From Tubiluchus corallicola (taxonomy: Eukaryota > Animalia > Priapulida), in contig JAQGDQ010000452.1 in the NCBI GenBank assembly GCA_030141605.1, forward strand, positions 1 through 39,114: DNA of 39,114 bases, written 5' to 3'. The notes below the pieces were generated by a model. That model saw nothing but the letters and a program-made list of their open reading frames with translations. It searched no databases and had not been told where the DNA came from. Below are positions 38,577 through 39,114 of this stretch, in pieces; positions within the stretch are counted from its first letter, which is position 1, and each line of letters starts with the position of its first letter. The translations under genes were made by a program, and so were the position numbers.

Positions 38577-38783
38577 CTTGTCAAGTTAAGCGGTTAAATG
38601 CTATGCTGAAGGCTCACTCGCGTTATGGCGTTTTCATCCCTAGATGCACGTCTTCCGGTGATTATGCCCCTTTCCAGAGTTGGCCCAGCACAGGATACTC
38701 ATGGTGCGTCAACAAAAATGGCGTAGAAATTCCCGGAACAAAAGTTGGACCTGGTAAAATTGCCAACTGTTCTGAAGACTCAT
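38577..38783 (+). CDS. Thyroglobulin type-1 domain exon (4-Cys form); gene continues beyond window
   Basis: (A)CQVKRLNAMLKAHSRYGVFIPRCTSSGDYAPFQSWPSTGYSWCVNKNGVEIPGTKVGPGKIANCSEDS; phase 1-1; donor T|gtgagt. Confidence 0.92.
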
Positions 38784-39023
38784 GTGAGTTTATAAATCAT
38801 TAATCAAACTGAATAATCAGAATTTTGTATTTCTGCTGTATGAGAGCTGAAGAGTTTTCGATTAATGTAACTTCTGTGATATACAAAAAGCATCAATGGA
38901 AACAAAAAAATCAGTCAATGACCTATGTTACAATATTAAAAATTATGTTGTCCATTTGTAATCTTGTCTACTATTTTCTATTATAATGACATTAAATTAA
39001 GGCCGAGTAGGCAAATAAACTTC

Positions 39024-39026
<3 letters not shown>

Positions 39027-39114
<88 letters not shown>
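39027..39114. repeat. (CT)n microsatellite, truncated by window end
   Basis: Read directly. Confidence 0.95.

Overview
AT-rich animal genomic DNA (spliceosomal GT-AG introns, microsatellites, MITEs, tRNA-derived repeats); an invertebrate origin is inferred, not shown. Three genes could be built by hand. (1) A complete 5-exon RPL18 on the minus strand (CDS 30703->25563, 188 aa) with a TCT/5'TOP start. (2) Downstream on the same strand, an uncharacterised two-TM membrane protein (large exon 22880->21106, probably spliced to a terminal exon 17894->17783, about 628 aa) with a long disordered N-terminus rich in basic-x-x-S/T motifs. (3) Divergent on the plus strand, a secreted WAP + thyroglobulin type-1 protein (exons 33552-33618, 34838-34996, 38577-38783) that runs off the window and seems to carry a decayed extra Tg1 exon. 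The first ~17 kb has no intact protein gene: a 21-bp satellite, compound microsatellites, a tRNA-headed SINE, a family of tRNA-like units with a UGU anticodon loop (one folds as a full cloverleaf), TTAA-flanked Kolobok-like elements and decayed gene fragments (SAP, RING/B-box). Most long ORFs in the supplied track are repeat artefacts. I found no prokaryote-type system, CRISPR array or autonomous transposase. All family assignments are by eye, without database searches.
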